Of a stretch of 64,000 nucleotides of DNA, positions 63,027 through 64,000 are shown in pieces. The number at the start of each line of letters is the position of its first letter. Positions within the stretch are counted from its first letter, which is position 1. Source of the DNA: Rubellimicrobium sp. GTDB lineage: Bacteria > Pseudomonadota > Alphaproteobacteria > Rhodobacterales > Rhodobacteraceae. The notes under the pieces are model-generated. The model did not search any database, was not told the DNA's origin, and was given only the letters and a program-made list of their open reading frames with translations. Position numbers and translations under genes: made by a program. Location: NCBI GenBank assembly GCA_019454835.1, contig JACFNP010000008.1, forward strand, positions 3,778-67,777, read 5' to 3'.

Positions 63027-64000
63027 GCCTGCACCTCGAGGACGAAGGCATAGAGCCGCGCCAGCGCCATCTCGGCGACCGCGCGCGCGTCCGGCCCGAG
63101 CGTGTCGTCGGCCGCCTCGGCCAGCAGGCTGTCGGCAGCCTGCCGCAGGGCGCCGCCCCGGTCGATGAGATCGAGATCGCCGGTCTCGACCTCGACCCGC
63201 AGCCGCGCGAGATCGGCCTCGAACCAGCCGAAATCGGGCGCATGGGCCGCAAGCGCGGCCTCGAGCGCGGCGCGCCCGGCAAGATGCAGCCGCCCGTCGG
63301 CCTCGACGCGCAGAAGGGTGTCGCGGCGCCCGGCAGCAGGGGGCAGCAGCGCCGCCAGCCGGGCAGGTGCATCTTCGCCGGGCAGGAGCGGCAGGGACAG
63401 GCGCTGCCAGCGGAACTGGCCGGTTTCGGTCACCGTGACCTGCACGGGCGCACCCGGCGCGTCGATGCGCACCACCAGCGCGCCGGGCGCGTCGTCGTGC
63501 TTGAAGCCGTCGGCCTCGGGCGTGCCGGAATACCAGGTCGCGGGTCCGATCCGCCTGCGCCCGTGCCAGTCGCCGAGCGCCAGATAATCGAGGCCCGACA
63601 ACTGCGCCCGGTCGGGCGGCACGATCCCGGTGCCGCTGCCGTCCTCGCTGAAATCGGTCACCGCGCCGTGGCCGATGCCGATGCGGATCGCGCCGTCGGG
63701 GGTGGCGGCGGACATCGCCTCGGTCAGGTCGCGCCCCGGACGGCGCTGCGTGCAGGGTGCGGGCAGGAACCAGACACCGGGCGCGGGCGTATGCGGCGCG
63801 GGACTGTCCAGCACCACCAGATTGCCCGGCCCCTCGGCCCCGATCCGCCGCCAGAGTTCCGTCGCCGCGAGGCTGTCGTGATTGCCCGGCAGCAGGAACC
63901 AGCGCAGATCGCCCTCGGCCTCCATGGCGCGCAGGGCATGGCGCAGGGTCTCGGGCGCGGGGGTCTCGGCGTCGAACGTGTCGCCCGCGACCACCACATC
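63023..64000 (-). CDS. SbcD/Mre11-like metallophosphoesterase (N-terminus outside window)
   Basis: LLPGNHDS and IGIGHG phosphoesterase motifs. Its stop overlaps the start of the ATPase gene. Confidence 0.7.
   Translation of the reverse strand, partial: DVVVAGDTFDAETPAPETLRHALRAMEAEGDLRWFLLPGNHDSLAATELWRRIGAEGPGNLVVLDSPAPHTPAPGVWFLPAPCTQRRPGRDLTEAMSAATPDGAIRIGIGHGAVTDFSEDGSGTGIVPPDRAQLSGLDYLALGDWHGRRRIGPATWYSGTPEADGFKHDDAPGALVVRIDAPGAPVQVTVTETGQFRWQRLSLPLLPGEDAPARLAALLPPAAGRRDTLLRVEADGRLHLAGRAALEAALAAHAPDFGWFEADLARLRVEVETGDLDLIDRGGALRQAADSLLAEAADDTLGPDARAVAEMALARLYAFVLEVQA

Overview
High-GC chromosomal segment, probably alphaproteobacterial and Rhodobacterales-like (inferred from gene content and protein similarity only). 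I support about 51 protein genes; no rRNA, tRNA or CRISPR array was found.

Gene content in order:
- purK 3' end, an alpha/beta hydrolase, nnr, glnB, and a FAD monooxygenase.
- A putative iron-uptake cluster: imelysin-like protein, small membrane protein, pentaheme c-type cytochrome, FTR1 permease with a large N-terminal domain, and a DUF1801 protein. The last four genes have overlapping stop/start codons.
- marR-emrA-emrB efflux genes.
- A LysR regulator divergent from a tightly packed ~9 kb operon: class IV aminotransferase, AhpD-like protein, quinone oxidoreductase and a sugar-type ABC importer. One permease of that importer is fused to a strictosidine-synthase-like (SSL) beta-propeller, and a free SSL paralog follows it.
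- A dppABCDF-like peptide importer and a decayed parDE toxin-antitoxin module.
- An SDR epimerase, aminopeptidase P, and methylmalonyl-CoA mutase with pccA and pccB.
- A second sugar-type ABC operon with an embedded ArgH-like lyase, divergent from a PIG-L deacetylase.
- A DMT transporter, enolase, a tusA-like gene coupled to benE, uvrD, a PPDK-like enzyme, an Asp/Glu-racemase-like gene, a DUF2478 gene, and an SbcCD-like pair.

The most striking non-genic signal is a very abundant ~86-bp nested-palindrome element with termini GTCATTGCGAGG...CCTCGCAATGAC. There are 23 copies plus fragments, almost all intergenic.
- It has modular loop and arm variants and longer outer inverted repeats.
- At least one copy is flanked flush by an exact 11-bp direct repeat, which is MITE-like.
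- Copy orientation switches sharply between about 26 and 31 kb.

The other leads are the cytochrome-linked FTR1 iron system, the permease::SSL fusion operon, and a 26-nt motif shared (25/26 identical) by two distant intergenic sites.
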